Assembly: GCA_001782825.1 (NCBI GenBank)
Contig: MFPS01000003.1
Span: 44,353 to 108,352, forward strand
Length of the DNA stretch: 64,000 bases
Origin: Candidatus Magasanikbacteria bacterium RIFCSPHIGHO2_01_FULL_33_34
Lineage (GTDB): Bacteria; Patescibacteriota; Patescibacteriia; Magasanikbacterales; UBA922
Reading direction: 5' to 3'
Made by a program: the position numbers and the translations under genes. Positions 18,388-29,224 of the stretch are shown piece after piece; position 1 is the first letter of the stretch, and the number at the start of each line of letters is the position of its first letter. The notes under the pieces were generated by a model, which was not told the DNA's origin, ran no database searches, and saw nothing but the letters and a program-made list of their open reading frames with translations.

Positions 18388-20025
18388 ATGGAAAAATTGA
18401 AACACAAATATATTTTTGTTATAGGTGGAGTTTTGAGTGGAGTTGGAAAGGGGATTACCACAGCTTCTCTTGGTAATATTTTTAAGTCTAAGGGTTTTAA
18501 AGTTACGGCTATCAAAGCTGATCCATATATCAACGTTGATGCCGGTACAATGAATCCAGTTGAACATGGTGAAGTTTTTGTAACTGATGATGGAGATGAA
18601 ACTGATCAGGATATGGGGAATTATGAGAGATTTTTGGATGTTAATTTGAGCTCAACCAATTATATGACGACTGGTCGGGTATATACTACAGTGATTGAAA
18701 ATGAGCGTAGTATGAAATACAAAGGCAAGTGTGTACAAGTAGTACCGCATATACCAGAAGAAATAATTAAAAGAATAGAAAAGGCAGCTGAAAATAATGA
18801 TGCAGAAATTACTTTGATAGAAATTGGTGGTACAGTTGGTGAGTATGAAAATATTTTATTTTTGGAAGCTGCTCGAATGATGAAAATGAAAGATGCTTCT
18901 AGTGTGGCTTTTGTATTGGTTAGTTATTTGCCAGTACCAGCTCATTTGGGTGAGATGAAGACTAAGCCAACTCAACATGCGGCTCGTGCGCTCAGTAGCG
19001 CTGGCATTAATGCTGATATGATAATTGCCAGAGGTGAACAAAAATTGGATAAACCTAGACGCGAGAAATTAGCTGTATTTTGTGGAGTGAACCATGAAAA
19101 TATTATTTCAGCGCCAGATGTCTCATCAATTTATGAGATACCATTAACTTTGGAACAGCAAGATATAGGCAATAAACTTTTGAAAGTATTAGATATATTG
19201 CCACGAAAGAGTAAAATGAATGAATGGAAAAAGTTTGTGGCACGAAATAACAAAGTAGAAAAAACTGTTAAAATTGCAGTAATTGGAAAATATTTTGGCA
19301 CAGGAGATTATACATTAGCTGATTCGTATGTTTCTGTGATTGAAGCTACAAAACATGCGGCTTTATATAATGGCGCTAAGCCTATTCTTGAATGGGTTGA
19401 TTCAGAAGAATTTGAACATAATCCAATCAAGCTTAAACAATTGGAAAAATATGATGGTATTATTGTGCCGGGTGGTTTTGGTAGCCGTGGAGTAGAAGGT
19501 ATAATAAAAGCGATAGAATTGGCTCGCAAGAAAAAAATTCCATATTTTGGCTTGTGTTATGGTATGCAATTGGCAACTGTAGAATTTGTTCGTAATGTTG
19601 TTGGAAAAAAAGATGCAACTACAGTTGAAATTAATACAGATGCAAAAGAGCCAGTAATTCATATCAATCCCAATCAAGCCAAAAATGTAAAAGAAAATAG
19701 ATATGGTGGAACTATGCGTTTGGGTGCCTATGATTGTATATTAGAGAAAGATAGTTTGGTCTACAAAGCTTATGAAAAAAGAACAATTTCAGAGCGTCAT
19801 AGACATCGTTATGAATTTAATGATGATTATAGAAAGTTGATTGATAAGGCTGGGTTGAAGGTGGTGGGTGTTAATCCAGAGAGTAATTTAGTTGAAATTG
19901 TAGAGCTTAAAAATCATCCATTTTTTGTTGGTGTTCAATTTCATCCAGAATTCAAATCTCGTCCAATGATACCACATCCTTTATTCCGTGAATTTGTGAC
20001 AGCAGCCTTGAGGAATAAAAAATAA
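18388..20025 (+). CDS. pyrG: CTP synthase
   Basis: GGVLSGVGKG, DPYINVDAGTM, GLCYGMQ, ERHRHRYE, QFHPE. Confidence 0.98.
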   Translation: MEKLKHKYIFVIGGVLSGVGKGITTASLGNIFKSKGFKVTAIKADPYINVDAGTMNPVEHGEVFVTDDGDETDQDMGNYERFLDVNLSSTNYMTTGRVYTTVIENERSMKYKGKCVQVVPHIPEEIIKRIEKAAENNDAEITLIEIGGTVGEYENILFLEAARMMKMKDASSVAFVLVSYLPVPAHLGEMKTKPTQHAARALSSAGINADMIIARGEQKLDKPRREKLAVFCGVNHENIISAPDVSSIYEIPLTLEQQDIGNKLLKVLDILPRKSKMNEWKKFVARNNKVEKTVKIAVIGKYFGTGDYTLADSYVSVIEATKHAALYNGAKPILEWVDSEEFEHNPIKLKQLEKYDGIIVPGGFGSRGVEGIIKAIELARKKKIPYFGLCYGMQLATVEFVRNVVGKKDATTVEINTDAKEPVIHINPNQAKNVKENRYGGTMRLGAYDCILEKDSLVYKAYEKRTISERHRHRYEFNDDYRKLIDKAGLKVVGVNPESNLVEIVELKNHPFFVGVQFHPEFKSRPMIPHPLFREFVTAALRNKK

Positions 20026-20099
20026 TTAAGATTTTTGTTTATATTTAAAGATTGTTAAAGTCTTGATTTTTGTATAAATTTGGAATAAAGTGGATGTAT

Positions 20100-21896
20100 A
20101 TGTCAGATACTCAATTAATCAAAGACAAACTAGACATTGCTGATTTTATTAGTGAATATATACAGTTGAAGCCAGCAGGAATTAATCATAAAGGGTGTTG
20201 TCCATTTCATCAGGAAAAGACGCCGTCTTTTATGGTGAATCGTGAGCGACAGAGTTGGCACTGTTTTGGTTGTAGCAAGGGTGGGGATATATTTAGTTTT
20301 CTTCAAGAAATTGAAGGGATGGAATTTGTGGAAGCCTTAAAATTTTTGGCAGACAGGGCTGGTGTACAGTTGGAGTTTCGCTCGAGTGAAGTAAATTCTA
20401 GTCAAAAAAATAGAATTAAAGAAATTAACAAAGAAGCAACTAGGTTTTTTTATAATTTTCTTTTGAAAATGCCGGCATCTAGAAATGCACTTAAATATTT
20501 GGAAGAACGGGGTTTGACACAGGAAACCATTGAAAATTGGCAAATTGGATTTGTGCCAGATCAATGGGAGTTACTGACAAAGTATTTGTTGAAAAAAGGT
20601 TATAGTATTGATGATCTAGTTGCATCAGGTTTGACGATTAAACGCGAAGGCGCGAGTAATCAAAATCAGAGTAGTTATTATGATAGGTTTCGTGGGCGTA
20701 TTATGTTTCCAATTTGGGACGTACATGATACAGTGGTTGGTTTTACTGGTCGAGTATTGGTGGAAACAGAAAAATCTGGCGGTAAATATGTGAATACACC
20801 ACAGACAGTTGTGTATGACAAGTCTAGGGTGGTGTTTGGTTTGAATAAAGCTAAGTCTGAAATAAAGAGCAAAGATTTGATTGTAATGGTAGAAGGTCAA
20901 ATGGATGTAATTGCATGTCATCAAGTTGGTATGACAAATGTAGTGGCAACTAGTGGAACCGCTATGACTGAACAACAAGTAAAATTATTGAAAAGGTATT
21001 CAAATAATATGAGTATAGCTTTTGATGCTGATGTAGCTGGTCAAGCGGCAGCAAAACGGGGGATTGATTTGGCTATGTCTGAAGGAATGGATGTAAAAGT
21101 GATTATAATTCCAGATGGAAAAGGCAAAGATCCAGATGAATGTATCAAGAACAATAAGCAGGTTTGGTTTGATTCGGTTGCCAATGCAAAAGGTATTATG
21201 GATTGGTATTTTAGCAAAGCATTGGAAGCAAAAGATTTGTCTGATCCAAAACAAAAACAAAATATTGCTGATATTCTTTTGAAAGAAATTATTTTGATTC
21301 CTTATGCTGTAGAACAGGATCATTGGTTGCGCGAATTGGGTACAAAATTAAATGTTGATGTGTCAGTGCTTCGTGAAAATATGGCACAAATAAAGAATAG
21401 TCAAAAAAAGAAAGATATACAACAAAATCAAAAAAACGAGCCAATGGTTAACAATAAATTATATCAAAATACTAGATTGGATATTCTTTTGGAACGTTTT
21501 TTTATGGCATTATTGAAGTTTCCAGATAATATCAATAAAGAAAATTTGGTCTTGGATTCTGTTATGTTATCCTTTACAAACTATGGTCCTCTTTACGAAT
21601 TATTAAATAAGTTGTATAATAATAATGCTTCAATTGATGTTAATCAATTGCGTGATTCTGTAGATAATAACAACAAAGAAATAGTTGATCTCCTTTTGAT
21701 GAAAGGGGATTTGGAATTTACAAATTTTACGGTTGAGGAGACAAAGAATGAAATTAAACAATTGTTAGATCAAATAAATATAGAATGGTTAAAAAAGAGG
21801 AGACAGGATATTCAAGTAAATATTATAGAAGCAGAAAAACGTAATGATCAGGATGCATTGAAAGTATTGTTAGAAAATTTTCAAAAAATTAAATAA
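20100..21896 (+). CDS. dnaG: DNA primase
   Basis: CPFH..KTPSF..CFGC zinc finger, DRFRGRIMFPI, KYVNTP, EGQMD, FDADVAG, DPDE. Confidence 0.97.
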   Translation: MSDTQLIKDKLDIADFISEYIQLKPAGINHKGCCPFHQEKTPSFMVNRERQSWHCFGCSKGGDIFSFLQEIEGMEFVEALKFLADRAGVQLEFRSSEVNSSQKNRIKEINKEATRFFYNFLLKMPASRNALKYLEERGLTQETIENWQIGFVPDQWELLTKYLLKKGYSIDDLVASGLTIKREGASNQNQSSYYDRFRGRIMFPIWDVHDTVVGFTGRVLVETEKSGGKYVNTPQTVVYDKSRVVFGLNKAKSEIKSKDLIVMVEGQMDVIACHQVGMTNVVATSGTAMTEQQVKLLKRYSNNMSIAFDADVAGQAAAKRGIDLAMSEGMDVKVIIIPDGKGKDPDECIKNNKQVWFDSVANAKGIMDWYFSKALEAKDLSDPKQKQNIADILLKEIILIPYAVEQDHWLRELGTKLNVDVSVLRENMAQIKNSQKKKDIQQNQKNEPMVNNKLYQNTRLDILLERFFMALLKFPDNINKENLVLDSVMLSFTNYGPLYELLNKLYNNNASIDVNQLRDSVDNNNKEIVDLLLMKGDLEFTNFTVEETKNEIKQLLDQINIEWLKKRRQDIQVNIIEAEKRNDQDALKVLLENFQKIK

Positions 21897-21910
21897 TTAA
21901 GCAATAAGTC

Positions 21911-23335
21911 ATGCCTCGTAAAAAGGTTCAAATCTCTGTAAAAAAGAGAAAAGCCACGACAATAAAAAAACTTTCTGTAAAAAAGAAGGTTTTGAAAAAA
22001 GCAAATTCTTCCACTAAAAAAGTGGTAAAGAATTTAAAAAACAAAACAGCTCAGAAGGCTGTTTACAAAAAGACAGTCAAAAAGACTGCAAATGAAAAAA
22101 AAGTGGTAAAAAAACTCACCACCAAGCCATTAAAATCATTATCAAGGGCAAAGAGTTTTGGAGATAATACAAAAAAAACAAATACAAATAATTTTAATAA
22201 AAATGATGAAGCTTCTAAAAAAGCACTTGATTTGGTTATTACTGAGCCAGAGACACAAGAACTTTGGAATTTAATAAACAAAGGAAGAGGTAGAGGTTTT
22301 TTGACTGAAAGTGAAGTTTTGAGATTATTTAACCATCTTGAACATTATATTCCAGTATTTGAGTCTTTTTTGGATTTGATGGATAGAAATGGTGTATCTC
22401 TGGTTGAGATGAGTGGAAGTATGCTTGGGTCTGGAGTAGAAAAAAAATCTATATTGTCATCTTTTCAAGGAGAACAGCCGGATATGAAAGGAAGTTTTGA
22501 TTTGGGGACTATTTCGCAGGATTCAATTCAAATGTATTTGCGAGAGATTGGTAAAATCCCTCTTTTGAATGCAGAAGATGAAGTTTCGCTGGCTAAAAGA
22601 AAAGAAAGAGGAGACAAAGATGCAGAGAGAAAAATGATTGAAGCAAATTTGCGTTTGGTTGTCTCTATTGCCAAAAAATTTGTTGGTAAGCAACTTGGTT
22701 TATTAGATTTGATTCAAGAAGGTAATATTGGATTGTTTCGGGCTGTAAAAAAGTTTGATTATAGAAGAGGGTATAAATTTTCTACTTATGCCACTTGGTG
22801 GATCAGGCAAGCAATTACTCGCGCGCTGGCTGATCAAAGTAGAACTATTCGTATTCCAGTTCATATGGTAGAAACTATTAATCGTTTCAAGCAGATTCAG
22901 AGACGATTGTTGCAGGATCTAGGGCGTGATCCATTGCCAGAAGAGTTGGCAGCTGAAATGGGTGAAGAATTATCGAAAATAAAACAGATTATAAAAATAT
23001 CACAAGATACAATATCATTAGAAACATCAGTGGGGGACGATGACGACGATTCACATCTTTCAGACTTTATTGAAGATGTAAAGAATGCTAGCCCATCACA
23101 TGTTGCTGGAGTTCAGTTGTTGCGTGATTATATCAAAGAAGCTATCAAAGATTTGTCGCCACGTGAACAAAAAATTCTGGAAATGCGTTTTGGTCTAGCT
23201 GATGGTGTAACTCATACACTTGAAGAGGTCGGACGAGAGTTTGATGTAACTCGTGAACGTATACGGCAAATTGAAGCCAAGTCACTAGAAAAGATTCAAG
23301 CAATGGATATTATTGGAAAATTGAGAGATTATTAA
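21911..23335 (+). CDS. rpoD: RNA polymerase primary sigma factor with Lys-rich N-terminal extension
   Basis: [54 protein letters not shown]; follows dnaG. Confidence 0.95.
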   Translation: MPRKKVQISVKKRKATTIKKLSVKKKVLKKANSSTKKVVKNLKNKTAQKAVYKKTVKKTANEKKVVKKLTTKPLKSLSRAKSFGDNTKKTNTNNFNKNDEASKKALDLVITEPETQELWNLINKGRGRGFLTESEVLRLFNHLEHYIPVFESFLDLMDRNGVSLVEMSGSMLGSGVEKKSILSSFQGEQPDMKGSFDLGTISQDSIQMYLREIGKIPLLNAEDEVSLAKRKERGDKDAERKMIEANLRLVVSIAKKFVGKQLGLLDLIQEGNIGLFRAVKKFDYRRGYKFSTYATWWIRQAITRALADQSRTIRIPVHMVETINRFKQIQRRLLQDLGRDPLPEELAAEMGEELSKIKQIIKISQDTISLETSVGDDDDDSHLSDFIEDVKNASPSHVAGVQLLRDYIKEAIKDLSPREQKILEMRFGLADGVTHTLEEVGREFDVTRERIRQIEAKSLEKIQAMDIIGKLRDY

Positions 23336-23347
23336 ACTGTAAAGTGT

Positions 23348-23392
23348 AATAAAACAAAAACAACTCAAATAGTGAGCTGTTTTTGTTTTATT
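23348..23392. terminator. Bidirectional terminator between rpoD and sod
   Basis: aataaaacaaaaacaactca-aatag-tgagctgtttttgttttatt. Confidence 0.75.
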
Positions 23393-23425
23393 GGGTATTT
23401 AAATACCAAATTAAATACTAATTTT

Positions 23426-23995
23426 TTACATTCTTTCTGCAACTTTTGCCCAATTAACTGCCTTCATAAAGGCTTCAATATAATCTGCGCGTTTCATACC
23501 GTAATCAAGTATAAATGCATGTTCAAACACATCCATCACTAACAATGGCTTTGCGCCTGATAGGTGGCCAACATCGTGCTCATTGATCCAAGTGTTGAAT
23601 AATCTGTCTCCTCGTTTGTCATAGGCTAATATTGCCCAGCCAATACCGCGTAGAGCACCAGTTGAGACAAAGTCTTTGCGCCATTGGTCTATTGAGCCGA
23701 ACTCTGTTGTAAGTTTTTTGCCGAGATTAGAATTTTCGTCGAGTTCAACTGCATCTTTGGTCATATTCTCAAAATATAATTCATGCAAACGCATACCATT
23801 GAATTCCCAGCCAAAACGGCGTTTGAGTTCAGCGTATTCGCCTGGACCAGCATTTTCAGCTAATTCTTTGAGTCTGTCTGACAATGAATTGGTATTTTTT
23901 ACATAACCTTGGTATAGACCAAAGTGAGTATTGAGTAAATTGTCACTAAATCCTGGAGTGCCAAGCAAGTGACTGAAATCTAATGCTTCGTACAT
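23426..23995 (-). CDS. Fe/Mn superoxide dismutase family protein (divergent)
   Basis: H..LYQGYV, LHELYF, GIGW, DVFEHAF. Confidence 0.88.
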   Translation of the reverse strand: MYEALDFSHLLGTPGFSDNLLNTHFGLYQGYVKNTNSLSDRLKELAENAGPGEYAELKRRFGWEFNGMRLHELYFENMTKDAVELDENSNLGKKLTTEFGSIDQWRKDFVSTGALRGIGWAILAYDKRGDRLFNTWINEHDVGHLSGAKPLLVMDVFEHAFILDYGMKRADYIEAFMKAVNWAKVAERM

Positions 23996-24072
23996 ATAAA
24001 ATGTTTTAAAAATAAATATTTTTTAATTTGTGTTTATATGATATACTAAATTATATACTAAATCAAATATAT

Positions 24073-25044
24073 ATGTCTTTTGATATAATAGCAATAGGGG
24101 ATACAACTACTGATATTTTTTTGGATATCGATGAAAATAGCAAGCTGTGTAAGGTAGACAAAAGAACACAAGAGCTCAAATTTAAGTTTAAGAGTAAAAT
24201 TCCGGTTATGGGTGTACATAGGGTCATTGGTGGTGGTAATGCCCCAAATCATGTTATGGGGGCTTCTAGACTAGGATTAAAGACTGCTATATATACAGTA
24301 GTAGGACATGATGATGTCGGTGATTCATTTTATCACAAGATAGACAAAGAAGGGATTTCAAATAAATATATTAGTTATGATTCCAAAAATGGCACAAATT
24401 TGTCTACTATTATAGATTATGATGAAGAAAGAACAGTTTTGAGTTATCATGCTGATAGAAAATATAAATTACCAGAGTTTGAAAATACAAAATGGATTTA
24501 TTTTTCTTCAATATCTGGGAATCATGATGAATTTAATGAGCAATTAGTTAATTATATAAAAAATAATTCAGTTAAACTGGCTTTCAATCCTGGAAGTAGG
24601 CAAATGATTTTAGGACTTGTTAAATTAAAAAAAATTTTTGAGGTAAGTGACATTGTCTTTGTAAATAAATCAGAAGCAGAGCGATTGGTGGGTGAAGCAT
24701 CTAGTATAAAAAATTTAATGAAGAAGTTTTATAATCTTGGTATGAAGATTGCTGTGATAACCGATGGACAAAAAGGTTCTTATAGTTTTGATGGTACTAC
24801 TTTTTATAAAATAAATATATTTAAGTCTAAGGTTTTGGAGACTACTGGATGTGGTGATGCCTATGGTAGTGGTTTTTTGTCTGCGATTATAAAAAAGAAA
24901 ACTATAGCAGAGGCTATGAAATGGGGTTCAATAAATGCATCTAGTGTGATTTCAAAAATTGGTTCGCAAGATGGTCTTTTGACTAAAAAACAGATGGAGA
25001 GTATATTATCTAAGCATGATTATTTTCAAGCGCGGATTTTATAA
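24073..25044 (+). CDS. PfkB family carbohydrate kinase
   Basis: GGGNAPN, FNPG, VNKSEA, TTGCGDAYGSG. Confidence 0.9.
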   Translation: MSFDIIAIGDTTTDIFLDIDENSKLCKVDKRTQELKFKFKSKIPVMGVHRVIGGGNAPNHVMGASRLGLKTAIYTVVGHDDVGDSFYHKIDKEGISNKYISYDSKNGTNLSTIIDYDEERTVLSYHADRKYKLPEFENTKWIYFSSISGNHDEFNEQLVNYIKNNSVKLAFNPGSRQMILGLVKLKKIFEVSDIVFVNKSEAERLVGEASSIKNLMKKFYNLGMKIAVITDGQKGSYSFDGTTFYKINIFKSKVLETTGCGDAYGSGFLSAIIKKKTIAEAMKWGSINASSVISKIGSQDGLLTKKQMESILSKHDYFQARIL

Positions 25045-25129
25045 GATATCCACAATTGAAGATAATTTGTATGCTTGTTATAATGTTCAAACAATCCTTA
25101 AATGGAAAATTTATTAATTAATTTATATT

Positions 25130-25894
25130 ATGGAAAACAATACAAATAAGGGAAATCCAATGTCTAATATGTCACAAACAAAGACATTTGCTTTTGGGCT
25201 TTTGGCAGGTGTACTAGTGCTTTGTACTATTGGGTTTTTTGTTATGTTGGGTATATTTTTAAAGGGCGGTAATCTTGGTTCTGGTCTAGACAAAACAGAT
25301 AATTTAGCAGTGGTTGATAATACTGTACCAACTAATCCAGGTGCACCTCAACCAGCGCCAACAAAAGCGCCAGCAGTAGACGAAAAAAATGATCATATCC
25401 GTGGTGGCAAAAATGCCAAAGTAACTTTGATTGAATATTCAGATTTTGAATGTCCTTTCTGTGGAAGATTTGCTCCAACTGTCAAACAAGCATTGGATGA
25501 ATATGGGGATGATATTAGAGTTGTTTATAGACATTTTCCATTATCATTTCATCCTCAGGCCCAACCTGCAGCTGAAGCATCAGAATGTGCGGCTGAACAG
25601 GGTAAGTTTTGGGAATTTCATGATGAATTATTCTTGAATCAAACTAGTTTGAGCGCAAATTACTTTGAAACTCTTGCTGGTGAATTGGGACTTAATTTGA
25701 GTAAATTTACAGATTGTGTTAAATCTAGCAAGTATAAATCTAAAGTTCAACAGCAGTTTGCTGGTGGTTCAGCAGCTGGTGTAGGTGGTACTCCACATAC
25801 ATTTGTAGTTGGGGCTGATGGCAATGCTGTTACCGTAAATGGTGCTCAACCATATGCCAACCTCAAATCAGCTATTGATTCGATGATGAATTAA
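25130..25894 (+). CDS. Membrane-anchored DsbA/thioredoxin family protein
   Basis: TM helix, EYSDFECPFC, RHFPL, GTP. Confidence 0.92.
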   Translation: MENNTNKGNPMSNMSQTKTFAFGLLAGVLVLCTIGFFVMLGIFLKGGNLGSGLDKTDNLAVVDNTVPTNPGAPQPAPTKAPAVDEKNDHIRGGKNAKVTLIEYSDFECPFCGRFAPTVKQALDEYGDDIRVVYRHFPLSFHPQAQPAAEASECAAEQGKFWEFHDELFLNQTSLSANYFETLAGELGLNLSKFTDCVKSSKYKSKVQQQFAGGSAAGVGGTPHTFVVGADGNAVTVNGAQPYANLKSAIDSMMN

Positions 25895-25903
25895 CAAAAT
25901 TTT

Positions 25904-25931
25904 AAAAAATCCGCTTAATAGCGGATTTTTT
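25904..25931. terminator. Intrinsic terminator
   Basis: aaaaaatccgc-ttaata-gcggatttttt. Confidence 0.8.
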
Positions 25932-26007
25932 ATTGTATAATTTTTATGGTATACTGTATCTATATATTTAATTAGTATTAAGTTATTAGAGTACATATAA
26001 TATTATT

Positions 26008-27951
26008 ATGACCGCACCGCAACTCAGACAATCAAATCAAGTTGATAAGGCAAAAGAAGATATTTGTCTTTTTGGTCAAACAAATTATAGAAATCAATTG
26101 ACTAGGTTTGGTATCAAGACTGATGATAGGCGACGACATATGTACATCATAGGTAAAACTGGTATGGGAAAGACAACTATGATGGAAAATATGGTTTTGA
26201 ATGATATTTATAAAGGTCATGGTTTGGGGATAGTTGATCCTCATGGTGATTTTGCTGAAAAAATTATAGATTTTATCCCGTCTAGACGTATTAATGATGT
26301 GGTATATTTCAATCCATCAGACACTGATAATCCGATTGGTTTCAATATTTTGGAAGTTAGTGATGAAAAACAAAAGCATCTTGTGGCAGCTGGATTGATG
26401 GGAATATTCAAAAAGATTTGGCCAGATGCTTGGAGTTCAAGAATGGAATATATTTTGAATAATACTCTTTTGGCTTTGCTTGATTATCAAGGTTCAACAT
26501 TATTGGGTATAAACAGATTATTGGCAGACAAAAAATATCGCAAAAGAGTAGTAGCTCAATTGAAAGATCCGGTAGTAAAAGCTTTTTGGCAAAATGAATT
26601 TGCCAGTTATTCTGATAGGTATATGACTGAAGCGGTGGCACCTATTCAAAACAAGATTGGTCAATTTTTGTCAGCTAGTGTTATCAGAAATATGGTTGCC
26701 CAAGTCAAATCTACAATAAATATCAGGAGTATAATGGACAATCAAAAGATATTTATTATGAATTTATCAAAAGGAAGAATAGGTGAGGACAATAGCCGAT
26801 TGCTAGGTGGTATGCTTATAACCAAATTACAATTAGCAGCCATGGAGAGAGTAGATATGCCAGAAGAGGATAGAAAAGATTTCTTTTTGTATGTTGATGA
26901 GTTTCAAAATTTTGCTAATCCAAGTTTTGCGAATATTTTGTCAGAAGCTCGTAAATATAGATTGAGTTTGATTTTGGCGCATCAATATGTAAAACAGCTT
27001 GATGAGTTGGTAGCGGATGCTGTTTTTGGTAATGTCGGTACAATGATATCATTTCGAGTTGGTGGGCCAGATTCAGTAGAGCTTGTCAAAGAATTTACGC
27101 CAACTTTTTTGGAAGAAGATATGGTGAATTTACCAAAGTTTCAGATTTTTTTGAAATTGATGATTGATGGTGTGGCTTCGCGTCCATTTAGTGCTATGTC
27201 TATGCCTCCAATTGGTTCACCGACTGGTAGCAGAGAAAAGGTGATTAGGGTTTCACGTGAGCGATATTCTACAAACAAAAATGAAATAGAAGACAAAATT
27301 ACTCGTTGGAGTGGAATGGATTTGAATGAGCAGACTGATTCAAGTAACAATGAAAAAAAGAAGGATGATAATAAGCGTAGAGATGACAAACCAAATTATA
27401 AGCCAAAGAGTGGTAATAGTTTTGATAAAAAAGATAGTAGTGTTAGAAAAGATATGCCAAATAATCAAAAATCTTCAAATACAGAATTACCAAAAATAAA
27501 TACAGAAGAAATTAAAAAAGTGGAAGTGAATAAACCAATAGTTTTATCACAATTACAATCTAATAATCAAAATCAAGCTAATTTGGTTGAATTTTCTTCA
27601 AACAAAAGAAAGAGGCGAAGAAAGAAAAAAGGGCATAGCCATACTGATATTGCAATTGTTCAAAAATCAGAAATTATTCCTGTAGGGAGTTTAAAAACAG
27701 TTGAGGTTGTAAAAAATATACAAACAAGTACAAACAATAGGCCTAATATTTATCAGAATACAAATTATACAAAAGCTAGTGTTTCATTAGATGATAAAAA
27801 AAATAATCAAACTGTACAAAATATACCGCAACAAAGTTTGCAAGTTATTGCAAATAATAATGTTATAACAAATAAAAATAATGATGAAAAACCACCAAAT
27901 AATAATCAAACAAATTCTTTGGAAAAAGGTATTATAGTTAAATTTGATTAA
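26008..27951 (+). CDS. VirD4/TraG/VirB4-like P-loop ATPase with low-complexity C-terminal tail
   Basis: HMYIIGKTGMGKT Walker A, DPHGD, LYVDEFQ Walker B, SEARKY, AHQ. Confidence 0.88.
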   Translation: MTAPQLRQSNQVDKAKEDICLFGQTNYRNQLTRFGIKTDDRRRHMYIIGKTGMGKTTMMENMVLNDIYKGHGLGIVDPHGDFAEKIIDFIPSRRINDVVYFNPSDTDNPIGFNILEVSDEKQKHLVAAGLMGIFKKIWPDAWSSRMEYILNNTLLALLDYQGSTLLGINRLLADKKYRKRVVAQLKDPVVKAFWQNEFASYSDRYMTEAVAPIQNKIGQFLSASVIRNMVAQVKSTINIRSIMDNQKIFIMNLSKGRIGEDNSRLLGGMLITKLQLAAMERVDMPEEDRKDFFLYVDEFQNFANPSFANILSEARKYRLSLILAHQYVKQLDELVADAVFGNVGTMISFRVGGPDSVELVKEFTPTFLEEDMVNLPKFQIFLKLMIDGVASRPFSAMSMPPIGSPTGSREKVIRVSRERYSTNKNEIEDKITRWSGMDLNEQTDSSNNEKKKDDNKRRDDKPNYKPKSGNSFDKKDSSVRKDMPNNQKSSNTELPKINTEEIKKVEVNKPIVLSQLQSNNQNQANLVEFSSNKRKRRRKKKGHSHTDIAIVQKSEIIPVGSLKTVEVVKNIQTSTNNRPNIYQNTNYTKASVSLDDKKNNQTVQNIPQQSLQVIANNNVITNKNNDEKPPNNNQTNSLEKGIIVKFD

Positions 27952-27957
27952 TATATT

Positions 27958-28755
27958 ATGCAGGTAGTTGATATTGGGATACTTAAACAGTTACATATTT
28001 ATAATAAAAAAAGCCATAAAGGTGAAAATGGAATAGTTTTGGTAATAGCCGGTTCAGACAAATATCATGGCGCATTATTGTTGGCAATCAAGGCTTTGTC
28101 TAGAATAGTAGATATGGTTTTTGTTCATTCTGTAGCGAGAAATTTAAAAATTATAAGAAAATTAAAAACAGAAATTGCTACTTTTATTTCGGTTAGTAAT
28201 TCACAATTAAAAAATATTATTAAGAGATCTGATGTTATTTTGATTGGCCCAGGTTTGGAAGAATCAAAACATAATTTGGATTTGCTTAAATATATATTAA
28301 AAAAATATAAAGATAAAAAAATTTTGATTGATGCTACATCTTTGTGGCAATTGAATCCAAAGTGGTTGCATAAAAAATGTATACTAACACCTCATGCAAG
28401 GGAATTTGAACAATTGTTCAAGGCAAAAGCTACACCACAAAATGTGTTGAATATGGCTTCAAAGTATAATTGCACAATTATTTTGACTGGGCATTATGAT
28501 TATATATCGGATGGAGATAAAATTTATGAAAATAAATCAGGAAATGTTGGTATGACAAAAGGTGGAACAGGGGATGTATTAGCTGGGATTGTGGCAGGAT
28601 TTTATGCCAATAATGATTCTCTGATTTCTGCTTTAGCTGGGGCTTATTTGAATGGTGTAGCCGGAGACAAATTATATGAAAAAAAAGGAATTTTCTATAA
28701 TTCTGAAGATCTGATTGAAGAGCTTGGCAATGTTTATGCAAAATTAACTAAATAA
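27958..28755 (+). CDS. NAD(P)H-hydrate dehydratase (YjeF C-terminal)
   Basis: HKGENG, IAGS..YHGA, GPGL, LTPHAREF, KGGTGDVLAG. Confidence 0.92.
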   Translation: MQVVDIGILKQLHIYNKKSHKGENGIVLVIAGSDKYHGALLLAIKALSRIVDMVFVHSVARNLKIIRKLKTEIATFISVSNSQLKNIIKRSDVILIGPGLEESKHNLDLLKYILKKYKDKKILIDATSLWQLNPKWLHKKCILTPHAREFEQLFKAKATPQNVLNMASKYNCTIILTGHYDYISDGDKIYENKSGNVGMTKGGTGDVLAGIVAGFYANNDSLISALAGAYLNGVAGDKLYEKKGIFYNSEDLIEELGNVYAKLTK

Positions 28756-28770
28756 TTAATAATAAATTAT

Positions 28771-29169
28771 ATGAATTATTTGAGAGCTATTAAGACTGGA
28801 GTAATGTTGTGGCTAACAATTTTTGTGGTCATAACTATATTGATGTTTTTACCATTTCTTGTCGATAAAAAAATGCTTCAGTTTGGAATATTCTGGATAC
28901 TTTTGATTCCAATTGTTTTGTTGTTTTGTAAGTGGCATTTTAAGATGGATGCACCCAATCTAAAAAAAGGATTTTTATTGGGAATAATTATGCTTTTGGT
29001 TATTTTGGTATTGGATATGGTTATAACAGTGCCTTTGTTTGTAAAATCTTTTTCTGTATTTTTTGGTGATTGGATGATGTATGTAGGTTATATAGAAGTA
29101 TTGTTATTAGCCGTTTATGCTGGATTTGAGTTTGATAAGACATTTACAAAATACGATAATACCAAATAA
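28771..29169 (+). CDS. Hypothetical 4-TM membrane protein
   Basis: 132 aa, four hydrophobic segments, operonic spacing. Confidence 0.75.
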   Translation: MNYLRAIKTGVMLWLTIFVVITILMFLPFLVDKKMLQFGIFWILLIPIVLLFCKWHFKMDAPNLKKGFLLGIIMLLVILVLDMVITVPLFVKSFSVFFGDWMMYVGYIEVLLLAVYAGFEFDKTFTKYDNTK

Positions 29170-29201
29170 AAAACAGAACGTCCCGGCACGGTGCCGGGAC
29201 G
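29168..29201 (-). terminator. Intrinsic terminator of minus-strand mini-gene
   Basis: Minus strand cgtcccggcac-c-gtgccgggacg followed by ttctgtttttt. Confidence 0.8.
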
Positions 29202-29224
29202 GTACATCACTTCAGAAGAAACTT

